64,000 nucleotides of DNA from an uncultured Verrucomicrobiae bacterium (GTDB lineage Bacteria; Verrucomicrobiota; Verrucomicrobiia; Chthoniobacterales; Chthoniobacteraceae): the NCBI GenBank assembly GCA_963769025.1, contig CAVYKI010000003.1:32001-96000 (forward strand). Reading direction: 5' to 3'. The notes beneath the pieces were generated by a model. That model made no database searches, was not told the origin of the DNA, and saw nothing but the letters and a program-made list of their open reading frames with translations. The position numbers and the translations under genes were made by a program. Positions 34,456-43,590 of this stretch are shown in pieces (the stretch's first letter is position 1; each line of letters starts with the position of its first letter).

Positions 34456-36147
34456 ATGAAGACCACGCTCCGCGTCTGCGCCTTCGCACTCGTCGTCGCG
34501 CTGTGGGCGCTGCTGGAGGTGGCGACGGCGGACGTGCTCACGCGCTGCCTGGTGTTGTGGCTCGTGCTCGCCGCAACGTGGATCGGGATAGAAATCGCCG
34601 CGCGCACTTCCCCGCCCGACGCGGCAGCGCGGTGGATCGAGCGAACGCTGCACTCTCAGAAGCCGCGTTTTCTCGCCGCACGCCGCGTGTTCGCCGTCGC
34701 GCTTGGCGTGGTTTTTCTCGTGGCGTTCTGGTCTTGGGGTTCGCAAGTGCGCGGGCTGGTCGGCGAGCACGGGCTCATCCCCGTGGGCGAGCAGCTCACC
34801 GCGGCGCGCGCGGCGGGTGTCACATTCTGGCAGATGCCGTCGCTGAGCTGGCTGGCCGAGGGCGACTCCATGCTGCTCGCGCAATGCTGGCTCGGCGCGC
34901 TGCTTGCCATCGCAATGTGCGCGGGATTTTTCCCCGGCGCGTGTGCGCTGCTCTGCTGGGCGCTCTACCTCTCGCTGATGACCGTCGGCGAGTCGTTCGC
35001 CAATTTTCAATGGGACGCGCTGCTCCTCGAAACGGCGCTCCTCGCCGCGCTCTGGCTCCCGTGGCGCGCACGGCCCGACTGGGCGGTGGAGACGCTCGCG
35101 CAGAAAATCGGCCGCTGGCTGCTGTGGTGGCTCTTCGTGCGACTGATGATCGAATCCGGCGTCGTGAAACTCACGTGGGGCGATGAGCCGTGGCTGGGCC
35201 GCTCCGCGCTCGAACACCACTTCGAGACGCAGCCGCTCCCGCTGTGGACCGCGTGGTATGCACACCAGGCGCCGCGCTGGATGCTTAACGCCGCGTGCTG
35301 GATCACCTACTTCATCGAAATCGCCACGCCCGCGCTGCTCCTCTCGCCGGCGCGCTGGCGCTTCCTCCGGCACGGCGCGGTCGGGTTGCAGGTCCTGCTC
35401 CAACTCGCGATTTCCGCGACGGGAAACTACACGTATTTCAACCTGCTCACCCTCGCCCTGTGCGTGCCGTTCCTCGACGATTCGTTCCGCGGCTTCCGCA
35501 GGATCGTTCCGCAGCCGGTGGACGAGCCGCGCAGGCATCGGTGGCCGCTCATTCCCGCCGGTGCGCTTGCGCTCGCGTCGGTGCTCTTCTCGTTCGACGG
35601 ATTCACCGGCGCTTTCGCCGGCGTCGCCGGGCAGGATGCGCAGATGCGCCGCGTCCGCGAGGAAATGACACGCACCGGCAAGCCGCCCGCAGCGTCGTGG
35701 CACCAGCCGCTGCGCTCGTTCAACGGCTACGGCCTCTTCCGTACGATGACACTTTCGCGCCCCGAGATCGTCCTCGAAGGCAGCGCCGACGGCGTGAACT
35801 GGCGCGAATACGAATTCCCCTACAAGGCCGGCGACATCTACCGCCGCCCCGCGCTCGTCGCGCCATTCCAGCCGCGGCTCGACTGGCAGATGTGGTTTGC
35901 CGCGCTCTCGCCCCAGCACTACGGCTACCTCCTCGAACGGCTGATGAAGCGCGCCCTCGAAGGCGAGCCCACGGTCCTCGCGCTGCTGGAAAAGAATCCG
36001 TTCCCATCCATGCCGCCGCGATTCGTCCGGCTGAGCTTCTACGACTATCACTTCACGCGCCCCGAAGATCACACCGCCGCGTGGTGGAAGCGCGAACTCC
36101 GCGGCACCACGCGCCAGCTCTCGCTGGAGAATTTCCGCAAGCCCTGA
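34456..36147 (+). CDS. Lipase maturation factor (LMF1) family membrane protein
   Basis: FQWDALLLET, HFETQPLP, TGNYTYFNLLT, NGYGLFRTMT, WREYEFPYK and QPRLDWQMWFAAL. Confidence 0.9.
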   Translation: MKTTLRVCAFALVVALWALLEVATADVLTRCLVLWLVLAATWIGIEIAARTSPPDAAARWIERTLHSQKPRFLAARRVFAVALGVVFLVAFWSWGSQVRGLVGEHGLIPVGEQLTAARAAGVTFWQMPSLSWLAEGDSMLLAQCWLGALLAIAMCAGFFPGACALLCWALYLSLMTVGESFANFQWDALLLETALLAALWLPWRARPDWAVETLAQKIGRWLLWWLFVRLMIESGVVKLTWGDEPWLGRSALEHHFETQPLPLWTAWYAHQAPRWMLNAACWITYFIEIATPALLLSPARWRFLRHGAVGLQVLLQLAISATGNYTYFNLLTLALCVPFLDDSFRGFRRIVPQPVDEPRRHRWPLIPAGALALASVLFSFDGFTGAFAGVAGQDAQMRRVREEMTRTGKPPAASWHQPLRSFNGYGLFRTMTLSRPEIVLEGSADGVNWREYEFPYKAGDIYRRPALVAPFQPRLDWQMWFAALSPQHYGYLLERLMKRALEGEPTVLALLEKNPFPSMPPRFVRLSFYDYHFTRPEDHTAAWWKRELRGTTRQLSLENFRKP

Positions 36148-36193
36148 CCCGCGACGACGCGCCAGGATCACGCCGGCTTTGGTTTTAAAAATC

Positions 36194-36316
36194 CGGAGAC
36201 GCGGAGACGCAGAGGATTCAAAGATGGTGACCATTCCACCCACCGCACACAGATCGGCACTTCCACACCGCTTCTTCTGAGCATCGTTTCTTCTCCGCGT
36301 CTCCGCGTCTCCGCGT
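36194..36316. repeat. Intergenic inverted repeat built from 8-mer units (GGAGACGC / GCGTCTCC)
   Basis: CGGAGACGCGGAGACGCAGAG (36194-36214) faces CTCCGCGTCTCCGCGTCTCCGCGT (36293-36316). Confidence 0.75.
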
Positions 36317-36360
36317 TTCCAAAATGCCTCCACGCCGCAGCGTCCGCACCGGCCATCCGT

Positions 36361-36389
36361 TTGACAGCCTCCCGCCAGCACAGTATTCG
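36361..36389 (+). promoter_or_regulatory. Candidate sigma70 promoter for the DUF362 gene
   Basis: TTGACA-N17-TATTCG, 6 nt before GTG 36396. Confidence 0.35.
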
Positions 36390-36395
36390 CGGCGC

Positions 36396-37469
36396 GTGAT
36401 TCGTCTTCCGCTGATCCTCGCCGCCGCCTTCGGGCTTGCACGATCGCTCGCGGAGGAGCCGCAGGTAAATCCCCCGCCCGCCGAACCGCCACCGCCGCCA
36501 ATCGCCCAACCAACCGGGCGTTCGCTCGTCGCCATCGCACACGATCTGCGGGCGATGGATGGCTACGACGAGAACCCCGCCGTCACGCGGCGCATGGTGG
36601 ACGCGCTCGTGCGCACGGTGACCGGTTGCGCGAGCACACGCGCCGCGTGGCGCGAACTCGCCGGGACGGACGAGCGCGTCGGCATCAAGGTCACGACCGC
36701 GGGAGGCGCGTATTTTGCCACGCGCCGCGGAGTCGTCGCAGCGGCGGTCGCGGGCCTGAAGGACGCCGGCGTGCGCGAGATCATCGTGTGGGACAAAAAC
36801 TCCTCGGCTTTGCGCGAGTGCGGCTTCACCCCGGAGCGGCTCGGGTGCGAGGTGCGCGCCATCGATCCGCCGCGCGGCTGGGACCGGACGGCGAGCTTCC
36901 AGGCTCCCGTCCTCGGCAAGCTGATCTGGGGCGATCTGCTCTTCAGCGAAAAGGTCAACACGCGCGACCTCAGCAAGCGCGAAGACAGTCTTCTGAGTTC
37001 AAAGAGCCACCTCGCGACCATCCTCAGCAAGGAAGTCCCGCGCTTCATCAACATCGCCGCGCTGAGCGACGAACCCGGCTGCGGCGTCGCCGGCACCCTC
37101 TACAGCGCGGTCGTCGGCAATCTCGACAACTGGCGGCGCTTCACGACCTTCGGCGAGAGCGGCGCGACGGCCATCGCCGACTGCTACGCGGACCCGCGGC
37201 TCGGCGGGAAATGCGTCCTCCACATCCTCGATGCGCTCGCGGTGACCTATGCCGGCGGCCCCGGCCCGAACCCGCAGGCCGCGGCCATCCACAAGACCCT
37301 CTACGCCAGCCGCGATCCCGTCGCACTGGATTCGCTCGGCGTCGAATTGCTCGAAAAATGGCGAAAAGGTTCGAGCTTTGGGGCAATCGGCACCAAATCT
37401 GCATGGCTCCGAGGAACTGCCGTCGGTAATTCCGAACCCACCAACATGATCCTTTCCCCTGCACGATGA
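36396..37469 (+). CDS. DUF362-like secreted protein
   Basis: Signal peptide and Pro-rich linker; ERVGIKV, EIIVWD, LHILDAL...YAGGP and YASRDPVALD. Confidence 0.7.
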   Translation: MIRLPLILAAAFGLARSLAEEPQVNPPPAEPPPPPIAQPTGRSLVAIAHDLRAMDGYDENPAVTRRMVDALVRTVTGCASTRAAWRELAGTDERVGIKVTTAGGAYFATRRGVVAAAVAGLKDAGVREIIVWDKNSSALRECGFTPERLGCEVRAIDPPRGWDRTASFQAPVLGKLIWGDLLFSEKVNTRDLSKREDSLLSSKSHLATILSKEVPRFINIAALSDEPGCGVAGTLYSAVVGNLDNWRRFTTFGESGATAIADCYADPRLGGKCVLHILDALAVTYAGGPGPNPQAAAIHKTLYASRDPVALDSLGVELLEKWRKGSSFGAIGTKSAWLRGTAVGNSEPTNMILSPAR

Positions 37470-38431
37470 GCGCTCCCGACGTCACAGGCGATCTGCTGCG
37501 TTCCGTTTCGCGGACGTTCTACATGAGCGTGCGCATCCTGCCTCCGGCGCTGCGCGAGACGATGGGCGTGGCCTACCTGCTCGCGCGCACCAGCGACACC
37601 ATCGCGGATTGCGAAGGCGCACCGGTCGCCACGCGCCTGCGCCGGCTGGCGGAATTCGGCGCGATGGTGCAATCGGGCGGAAATCCGCAGGGCATCGCCA
37701 ACATCCAGCGCGACATCCAGCCGCGGCACGAAGGCGAATGCGCGCTCATGGCCGCGCTTCCGCGAGTGTTCGAGCGCTTCGGAGCGTTCAAGCCGTGGGA
37801 ATGGAAGGAAACCCAGGAGCTGCTCGCCAATATCATCCGCGGCCAGTCGAACGACCTCCGCAATTTCCCCGACCCCGCCAACATCACCGCGCTCCCGGAT
37901 GCGGACAGCCTTGAAGACTACACCTATCTCGTCGCCGGCTGCGTCGGCGAATGGTGGACGCGCATGAGCTTCCATCATTTCCCGCGCTACTCGAAGCGCA
38001 CGGAGGAGGACCTCATGCCGCTCGCGGCCTCGTTTGGAAAGGCGCTGCAGCTTGTGAACATCCTCCGCGACATGCCCGCCGACCTCGCCGCCGGCCGCTG
38101 CTACCTGCCCGCGGATGAACTGCGTGCCGCCGGCGCGGACCCCGCCACACTCCTCGAAAATCCCGCCGCCGCGCAGCCCGTCTTCGACGCTTGGATGGAA
38201 AAGGCGCGCGGCTATCTCGCCGAGGGCCGCGACTACATCCGCGCGATCCGCCCGTGGCGCATCCGCATCGCCTGCTACATCCCGTGGCGGCTCGCCGGGC
38301 AGACGCTCGACCTCATGGCCGCGACCCCGCCGCTCGGCAGCGCTGATAAGGTGAAGGTCTCACGGTCGATGGTATACCGCTCGATGCTCCGCGGCCTTCA
38401 CGCCGCGTTCAGCAACGGCCCGCTGCGCTGA
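37466..38431 (+). CDS. Squalene/phytoene synthase family protein
   Basis: LRSVSRTF, AYLLARTSDTIAD, YTYLVAGCVGEWW and ALQLVNILRD...GRCYLP. Confidence 0.9.
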   Translation: MSAPDVTGDLLRSVSRTFYMSVRILPPALRETMGVAYLLARTSDTIADCEGAPVATRLRRLAEFGAMVQSGGNPQGIANIQRDIQPRHEGECALMAALPRVFERFGAFKPWEWKETQELLANIIRGQSNDLRNFPDPANITALPDADSLEDYTYLVAGCVGEWWTRMSFHHFPRYSKRTEEDLMPLAASFGKALQLVNILRDMPADLAAGRCYLPADELRAAGADPATLLENPAAAQPVFDAWMEKARGYLAEGRDYIRAIRPWRIRIACYIPWRLAGQTLDLMAATPPLGSADKVKVSRSMVYRSMLRGLHAAFSNGPLR

Positions 38432-38443
38432 GTCCCTGCGCGC

Positions 38444-39601
38444 TCACGCGAGCGCGTCCACGAGCCGCTGCGAGCGCAGGCCGAAGAACTCCATCACCGC
38501 GCGCAGTTCCGCCCGCGCCGCGGCTCCGTCGCCTGGCGCTTCGCGCTTCACCGCCGCGATCATCACGTTCTTGCCCGTGTGCTCGTTGGAGATGAATTCA
38601 AACACCTTCGCCTCGTAGCCCACCGCCTCAAGCGCCAGCGCGCGGATCCCATCGGTGAGGAGTTCCGCCTGCCGCTCCGCGAGAATCCCGTGGCGCAGCA
38701 CGCCCGCGAGGACGGCTGGCGGTACAAACTCACGCCGCACCTCCTTCTGACAGCACGGCGCGGCGATGATCAATTTCGCACCCGCGCGCACTCCGGCCGC
38801 GAGCGCATCGTCCGTCGCCGTGTCGCACGCGTGCAGCGCGATGAGCACGTCCAGCCCCGCAGGCAGCTCGAATGCACCAATCGCGCCCTCCGCAAAGCGC
38901 AGGCCGTCGAGCTTCAGTTCCGTCGCGATGCGGTTCGTCTGCCCGACCAGGTCCGCGCGCTGCTCCACGCCCGTCACCTCCGCCGCAACGCCCCGCGAGC
39001 GGAAAAACTCGTGCGTCGCAAATGTCAGGTAGCCCTTCCCCGCCCCCATGTCGCAGACGCGCACCGCCTTCGTCTCGCGCAGCGCGCAGCCATCGACGAG
39101 ATGCCCGAGGATTTCCACGAACCGCTCCACCTGCCGCAGCTTGTCCGCCATGCCCGCCCGCGCGGTGCCATCCGCCGCGGTCACGCCGAGCTTTTCGAGG
39201 AACGGCGCATTCGCCAAGGCGCGCACCTTCGGCCGGTCGTGGCCCGTCGGCAGCGTCGCGGAGAAAGTCGGGCGCGCGGCCTTCATCTTCCACTCGCCGC
39301 CGTGTTCCGCGCGCAGCTTCCAGTCACCCGTCGTCGTGAAAAGATGCGCTTCCTCGAAGTCCGCGCCGAGCCACTTCTCGATCGCTCCCGGCGCATCGGC
39401 CGGCGCGTCGTTCCGCGTCACATCACGATTTGCGTAGCGCAGCGTGAAGGAAACCGCCGTGCCCGATTTCAGCTCGACCAGCCGCCCGTACACATTCCGC
39501 AGCCCGCTCTCCCCGCGCCCGCGGCTCAGCGTGATTTTCACAAACGACTGCTCCGCCATGCTGGCGCGCAGCTTTTCGAGAAAACGTTCGAGGTTCGTCA
39601 T
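38444..39601 (-). CDS. SAM-dependent methyltransferase
   Basis: DMGAGKGYLTFA, LIALHACDTATD, APCCQ and FEFISNEHTGKN. Confidence 0.88.
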   Translation of the reverse strand: MTNLERFLEKLRASMAEQSFVKITLSRGRGESGLRNVYGRLVELKSGTAVSFTLRYANRDVTRNDAPADAPGAIEKWLGADFEEAHLFTTTGDWKLRAEHGGEWKMKAARPTFSATLPTGHDRPKVRALANAPFLEKLGVTAADGTARAGMADKLRQVERFVEILGHLVDGCALRETKAVRVCDMGAGKGYLTFATHEFFRSRGVAAEVTGVEQRADLVGQTNRIATELKLDGLRFAEGAIGAFELPAGLDVLIALHACDTATDDALAAGVRAGAKLIIAAPCCQKEVRREFVPPAVLAGVLRHGILAERQAELLTDGIRALALEAVGYEAKVFEFISNEHTGKNVMIAAVKREAPGDGAAARAELRAVMEFFGLRSQRLVDALA

Positions 39602-39696
39602 CCGTCCATCACACCGCGCCGGGTCGGAAATTGCAGCCGGATTCTGCGAGTCACGCCTTTACTTCAAACCACAGCCCGTCTGAATCCCCCGGACCC

Positions 39697-40143
39697 ATGA
39701 AAAAACTCATCGCAGAATTCAGATCATTCATTCTCAAAGGCAACGTCATCACACTCGCCGTCGCCGTCATCATCGGCGGTGCGTTTGGCAAGATCGTGGA
39801 CTCCATGGTCAAGGACATCATCACCCCGATCATCGGGCTTGTCGGAGGCACGCCGGATTTTTCAGGCATCGCCATCGGCGCCAAGCAGGCCCTGGATAAA
39901 TCTGGCGCCCCTGCCGTCAACGCCGCGGGAAACCCGGTCCTCGAAGGCGGCATCATGATTGGCAATTTCCTCAACGCAGCCATCGCCTTCCTCATCATGG
40001 CCGCGGTGGTCTTCTTCCTGATCGTAAAACCATACAACGCCCTGATGTCGCGGTTTGAGAAGAAGGAGGAACCCAAGCCCGCCGGCCCGCCGCCAGCGAC
40101 GCTCGACGACGTGGTCGCCGCGATCAAGACGTTGAAGTCCTAG
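39697..40143 (+). CDS. mscL: Large-conductance mechanosensitive channel
   Basis: EFRSFILKGNVITLAVAVIIGGAFGKIVDSMVKDIITP and GNFLNAAIAFLI. Confidence 0.95.
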   Translation: MKKLIAEFRSFILKGNVITLAVAVIIGGAFGKIVDSMVKDIITPIIGLVGGTPDFSGIAIGAKQALDKSGAPAVNAAGNPVLEGGIMIGNFLNAAIAFLIMAAVVFFLIVKPYNALMSRFEKKEEPKPAGPPPATLDDVVAAIKTLKS

Positions 40144-40166
40144 CCCCCAACGCCGAAATCTTCCAC

Positions 40167-40208
40167 ATCGGGCGGTGTTCCAAACGGGACACCGCCCGAT
40201 TGCTTTTT
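40167..40208 (+). terminator. Rho-independent terminator after mscL
   Basis: 12-bp perfect stem ATCGGGCGGTGT/ACACCGCCCGAT followed by TGCTTTTT. Confidence 0.8.
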
Positions 40209-40321
40209 CCAGCGCTACCCAGAGCTTCGCGCTTGCCGCATTCGCACTGCGACACTAACACGCTCGCCCCGGGTCGCGCATCCGTGCGGCTCCCCTTTCC
40301 CACACAACCCACACCACAATC

Positions 40322-41485
40322 ATGAGCAGAAAAATTCGTTACGGAATGGTCGGCGGCGGTCGCGGCGCATTCATCGGCGCAGTCCACCGCATCGCGGCAG
40401 CCATCGATCAGCAGACCGAACTCGTCTGCGGCGCATTTTCATCCGACCCCGAGCGTTCGCGCGCGAGCGGCGGGGACTTCTTCCTCCCGCCGGATCGCTG
40501 CTACGGCACATTCGAGGAAATGATCGCGAAAGAGAAGGCGCTGCCTGCGGACAGGCGCATGGACTTCGTCGCCATCGTCACGCCGAACCACATGCACTTC
40601 CCGCCCGCGAAAGCCGCGCTCGAAGCCGGATTCCACGTGCTCAGCGACAAGCCCGCCACGCTCAATCTCGCCGAGGCGAAAAAGCTCGCCGCCATCGTGA
40701 AAAAGACCGGGCAGCTCTACGGCCTCACGCACAACTACACCGGCTACCCGCTCGTGAAGCAGGCCCGCGAAATGGTGGCCACCGGCAAGCTCGGGAAAAT
40801 CCGCAAGATCGTCGTCGAGTATCCGCAAGGCTGGCTCGCCACGCGTCTCGAAGCCTCCGGCCAAAAGCAGGCCGCATGGCGCACCGACCCCAAGCGCAGC
40901 GGCGCCGCCGGTTGCATCGGCGACATCGGCACGCACGCGGAGAACCTCGCGGAATACATCAGCGGCCTGCAAATCGAGGAACTCGCCGCCGACATCACCG
41001 CATTCGTCAAAGGCCGCGCGCTCGACGACGACGGCAACGTGCTGCTGCGTTTCAAAGGCGGCGCAAAGGGCGTCCTCCACGCGTCGCAGATTTCCGTCGG
41101 CGAGGAAAACAACCTCAACATCCGCATCTACGGCGAAAAGGGCGGCCTCGAATGGCACCAAAACGAGCCCAACACGCTCCTCGTGAAATGGCTCGACCAG
41201 CCCATGCAGGTCTATCGCACCGCCAACGGCTACCTCGGCAAAGCCGCGCTCGCCGCCGGCCGCACGCCGCCGTCGCACCCCGAGGGCTACCTCGAGGCCT
41301 TCGCAAACATCTACAAAAACTTCGCCAACCACATCCGCGCCCGCATCGAAGGCCGCAAGCTCGCGAAGGACGACCTCTGCCTCGACTACCCGAAGATCGA
41401 GGACGGAGTGCGCGGAATGGCCTTCATCGAAGCCGTCGTGAAGTCCTCGAAGGCGAACGCCCGCTGGACGAAGCTCGCCGTGTAG
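40322..41485 (+). CDS. Gfo/Idh/MocA oxidoreductase
   Basis: YGMVGGGRGAFIG, IVTPNHMH, VLSDKP and GDIGTHA. Confidence 0.92.
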   Translation: MSRKIRYGMVGGGRGAFIGAVHRIAAAIDQQTELVCGAFSSDPERSRASGGDFFLPPDRCYGTFEEMIAKEKALPADRRMDFVAIVTPNHMHFPPAKAALEAGFHVLSDKPATLNLAEAKKLAAIVKKTGQLYGLTHNYTGYPLVKQAREMVATGKLGKIRKIVVEYPQGWLATRLEASGQKQAAWRTDPKRSGAAGCIGDIGTHAENLAEYISGLQIEELAADITAFVKGRALDDDGNVLLRFKGGAKGVLHASQISVGEENNLNIRIYGEKGGLEWHQNEPNTLLVKWLDQPMQVYRTANGYLGKAALAAGRTPPSHPEGYLEAFANIYKNFANHIRARIEGRKLAKDDLCLDYPKIEDGVRGMAFIEAVVKSSKANARWTKLAV

Positions 41486-41527
41486 CCTGCATCTCGACTT
41501 CGAGTCGGATTCGGCTAGCCTTTCCGC

Positions 41528-41731
41528 ATGAACATCCCGCTTACCGCCGAGATTCATAAGGAAGGCGACTGGTTCGTTGCCTTCTGCCCAGAAGTCCCCG
41601 AAGCAAACGGTCAGGGCCGCACGCAGGAAGAATGCCTCCAAAGCCTGCGCGACGCCGTACTGCTGCTCATGGAGGATCGCAGGGAAGACGCGCGGAGAAA
41701 AAGTGACACGGGCCTGCTCGAACTAGCTTGA
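41528..41731 (+). CDS. hicB: HicB-family antitoxin (short form)
   Basis: EGDWFVAFCPEVPEANGQGRTQEECLQSLRDAV. Confidence 0.88.
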   Translation: MNIPLTAEIHKEGDWFVAFCPEVPEANGQGRTQEECLQSLRDAVLLLMEDRREDARRKSDTGLLELA

Positions 41732-41913
41732 AGCGCCGCGACCTCATCCGGCATCTCGAAGCAAATGGCTGCCCGCTCAAGCGCGAGGGCGGCTCGCACT
41801 CCATCTACTGGAATCCGCGCACGGGAAGGCGCGAACCCGTTCCACGCCACAGCGAGATCCCGGATCTTTTGGCGAAAAAAATCTGCCGGGCCCTCGAGAT
41901 TCCGCAGCCGTAG
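41728..41913 (+). CDS. hicA: HicA-family mRNA interferase toxin
   Basis: KRRDLIRHLEANGC..KREGGSHSIY.NP...VPRH; the TTG start overlaps the hicB stop. Confidence 0.9.
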   Translation: MKRRDLIRHLEANGCPLKREGGSHSIYWNPRTGRREPVPRHSEIPDLLAKKICRALEIPQP

Positions 41914-41916
41914 GCC

Positions 41917-42510
41917 TCACGCGTGGCGCGCGTCCCCTGCCCGGTTTCGGTGCAGGGAGGGATCGATGGCCTGCACCATCGCGGGCTCATTGAGGCCGAG
42001 GTCGAGGAATTCCCCGACACGGCGGGCCTGCTCGACAGGGGCGCGGAGAAGTTCGCGATGCTCGCAGTGGAGGACGCGGAAGTTTTTCCGCTCGGCGAGC
42101 CATCCCTCCACCTTTTTCAAATGCGCCCCGAGGTGCTGGCGCATGGCGGCGTCGGCGGCGGAGTCTGTGCCCGCGGTGCCGCGGCGCTTCAGCATTTCGT
42201 TTTGCGAGGCGAGGATTTCATCCATGTCGCGGTGCATGAAAATGACGCGGTATTCGTAATCCGCGGGGAGTTCGTAGAGCAGCATCGAGATGACTTTCAC
42301 CGCGTGGCCGCGCGCTCCGGCGAGCCATCTGGAGTCGGTCTTCAGCTTTTTGACGGCTTCGAGTTCAAAGTAGCCGCGCGGGTTGTCGGCGTCGGCGGTG
42401 CGGAGGCCGTCGGAGACTGCGGGCATCCCGCCGGCGACGAGCATCTGCATCATCATGGAGGTCCCGGAGCGCGGGAGGCCGGAGACGACGGTGATGAAAT
42501 CGGCGGGCAT
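41917..42510 (-). CDS. Sulfotransferase-domain protein
   Basis: VVSGLPRSGTSMMM (5'-PSB loop), NPRGYFE and IFMHRDMDEILASQ (3'-PB-like). Confidence 0.82.
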   Translation of the reverse strand: MPADFITVVSGLPRSGTSMMMQMLVAGGMPAVSDGLRTADADNPRGYFELEAVKKLKTDSRWLAGARGHAVKVISMLLYELPADYEYRVIFMHRDMDEILASQNEMLKRRGTAGTDSAADAAMRQHLGAHLKKVEGWLAERKNFRVLHCEHRELLRAPVEQARRVGEFLDLGLNEPAMVQAIDPSLHRNRAGDARHA

Positions 42511-42517
42511 CGTCGGA

Positions 42518-42718
42518 CTACTCCAGGTAGCCGAGGCCCTTGAGCCGCTTCCGCACTTCCTCCTCGGATTCGTCGGCGCCGGGCGGAGTCGCTGCGCCTT
42601 CGAGGACGTGCTGGATGAATTCCTCGGCGGAGGAATAGCCGGCGGCTTGCGAGGCTTTTTCCAGCCGTTCGTAAAGCTCGTGCTCGACTGCGATTTTGTG
42701 TTGCCGGTTTCCAAACAT
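42518..42718 (-). CDS. 66-aa protein with RHH/CopG-like N-terminus and C-terminal RLKGLGYL motif
   Basis: KIAVEHELYERLEKASQAAGYSSAEEFIQHVL followed by EEEVRKRLKGLGYLE; tight operon spacing. Confidence 0.75.
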   Translation of the reverse strand: MFGNRQHKIAVEHELYERLEKASQAAGYSSAEEFIQHVLEGAATPPGADESEEEVRKRLKGLGYLE

Positions 42719-42737
42719 GGCGATGGGTGCGGTGTGG

Positions 42738-43565
42738 CTAAAATTCTACGCGGAAGGGGCGTTTCACGACGAGGGCAAAGGCGATCGACGCGACAAAGAT
42801 CGCGACGAGCCAGTTGATCTCGTAGCCGAAGAATCGCAGCGAGCGGCGCGGGTAGTCCACGCGCACTTCGGAGACCGCACTGTCCTTCGCGAGCGCATCC
42901 TCGCCGGGGAAAAGCACGCGATCCCAGAAGTGATCCCCGGTCCGCTTCGGCGAGACTTTCCTCAACGCGGAACTCGCGGTGATTTCCTTTTCCACGGTCG
43001 CGTCGCCGGCGGCGCACTGCATCGTGCCACTGCCGGGCTGGAGAGCCTTCACGCGCCACGCGACTTCGTTGGTGTGGACGGAGCGGAAGGCCGGCGTCTC
43101 GACAAGGAAGTCCGCGGGCACTTGCAGCGTCGCGGGCTGCGCGACGGGGCTGATTCCGTCCTTCAGCTTCATCGAGACGACGACGGATTCGCCTTTCGCG
43201 AGCGGACGCCATTCAAACCATCCCGAAAGCTGCCCAATCCACAGCACGACGACCGGGAGCAACACGACCAGCGGCTTCAGCGATGCGGCGATGTAGAGGC
43301 CCGTCGCCGTGAGCACGCGACCGAATGAGCCGAGCACGGAAATCGGGTCATCGCCGAACAGGCGGATTTCGAGCAGCCGGGCAATCATGCGATTGCGCGT
43401 GGTTTTGATCGTCCGCTGATTCGACACGAGCGCATAGACGGCGACCGCCAGCACGGCGATGAGCAGCGAATGCACGAGCAGCACCACCGCAGGCGAAGCT
43501 CCGCCGAGCAGGCCATTCACACCGCCGACCAGCGCGCCGGTGAAGCGATTCACGCCGTCCATCAT
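42738..43565 (-). CDS. Hypothetical membrane protein
   Basis: TM1, a basic helical hairpin (SNQRTIKTTRNRMIARLLEIRLFGDD), TM2 (LKPLVVLLPVVVLW), a beta-rich soluble domain and a C-terminal TM. Confidence 0.75.
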   Translation of the reverse strand: MMDGVNRFTGALVGGVNGLLGGASPAVVLLVHSLLIAVLAVAVYALVSNQRTIKTTRNRMIARLLEIRLFGDDPISVLGSFGRVLTATGLYIAASLKPLVVLLPVVVLWIGQLSGWFEWRPLAKGESVVVSMKLKDGISPVAQPATLQVPADFLVETPAFRSVHTNEVAWRVKALQPGSGTMQCAAGDATVEKEITASSALRKVSPKRTGDHFWDRVLFPGEDALAKDSAVSEVRVDYPRRSLRFFGYEINWLVAIFVASIAFALVVKRPFRVEF

Positions 43566-43590
43566 TTGGAAAAAGTCACGGTATCCATCT

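Noticed and set aside
36194..36316. CRISPR array
   Set aside because: Short 8-mer units in inverted arrangement, with no repeat-spacer periodicity and no cas genes.
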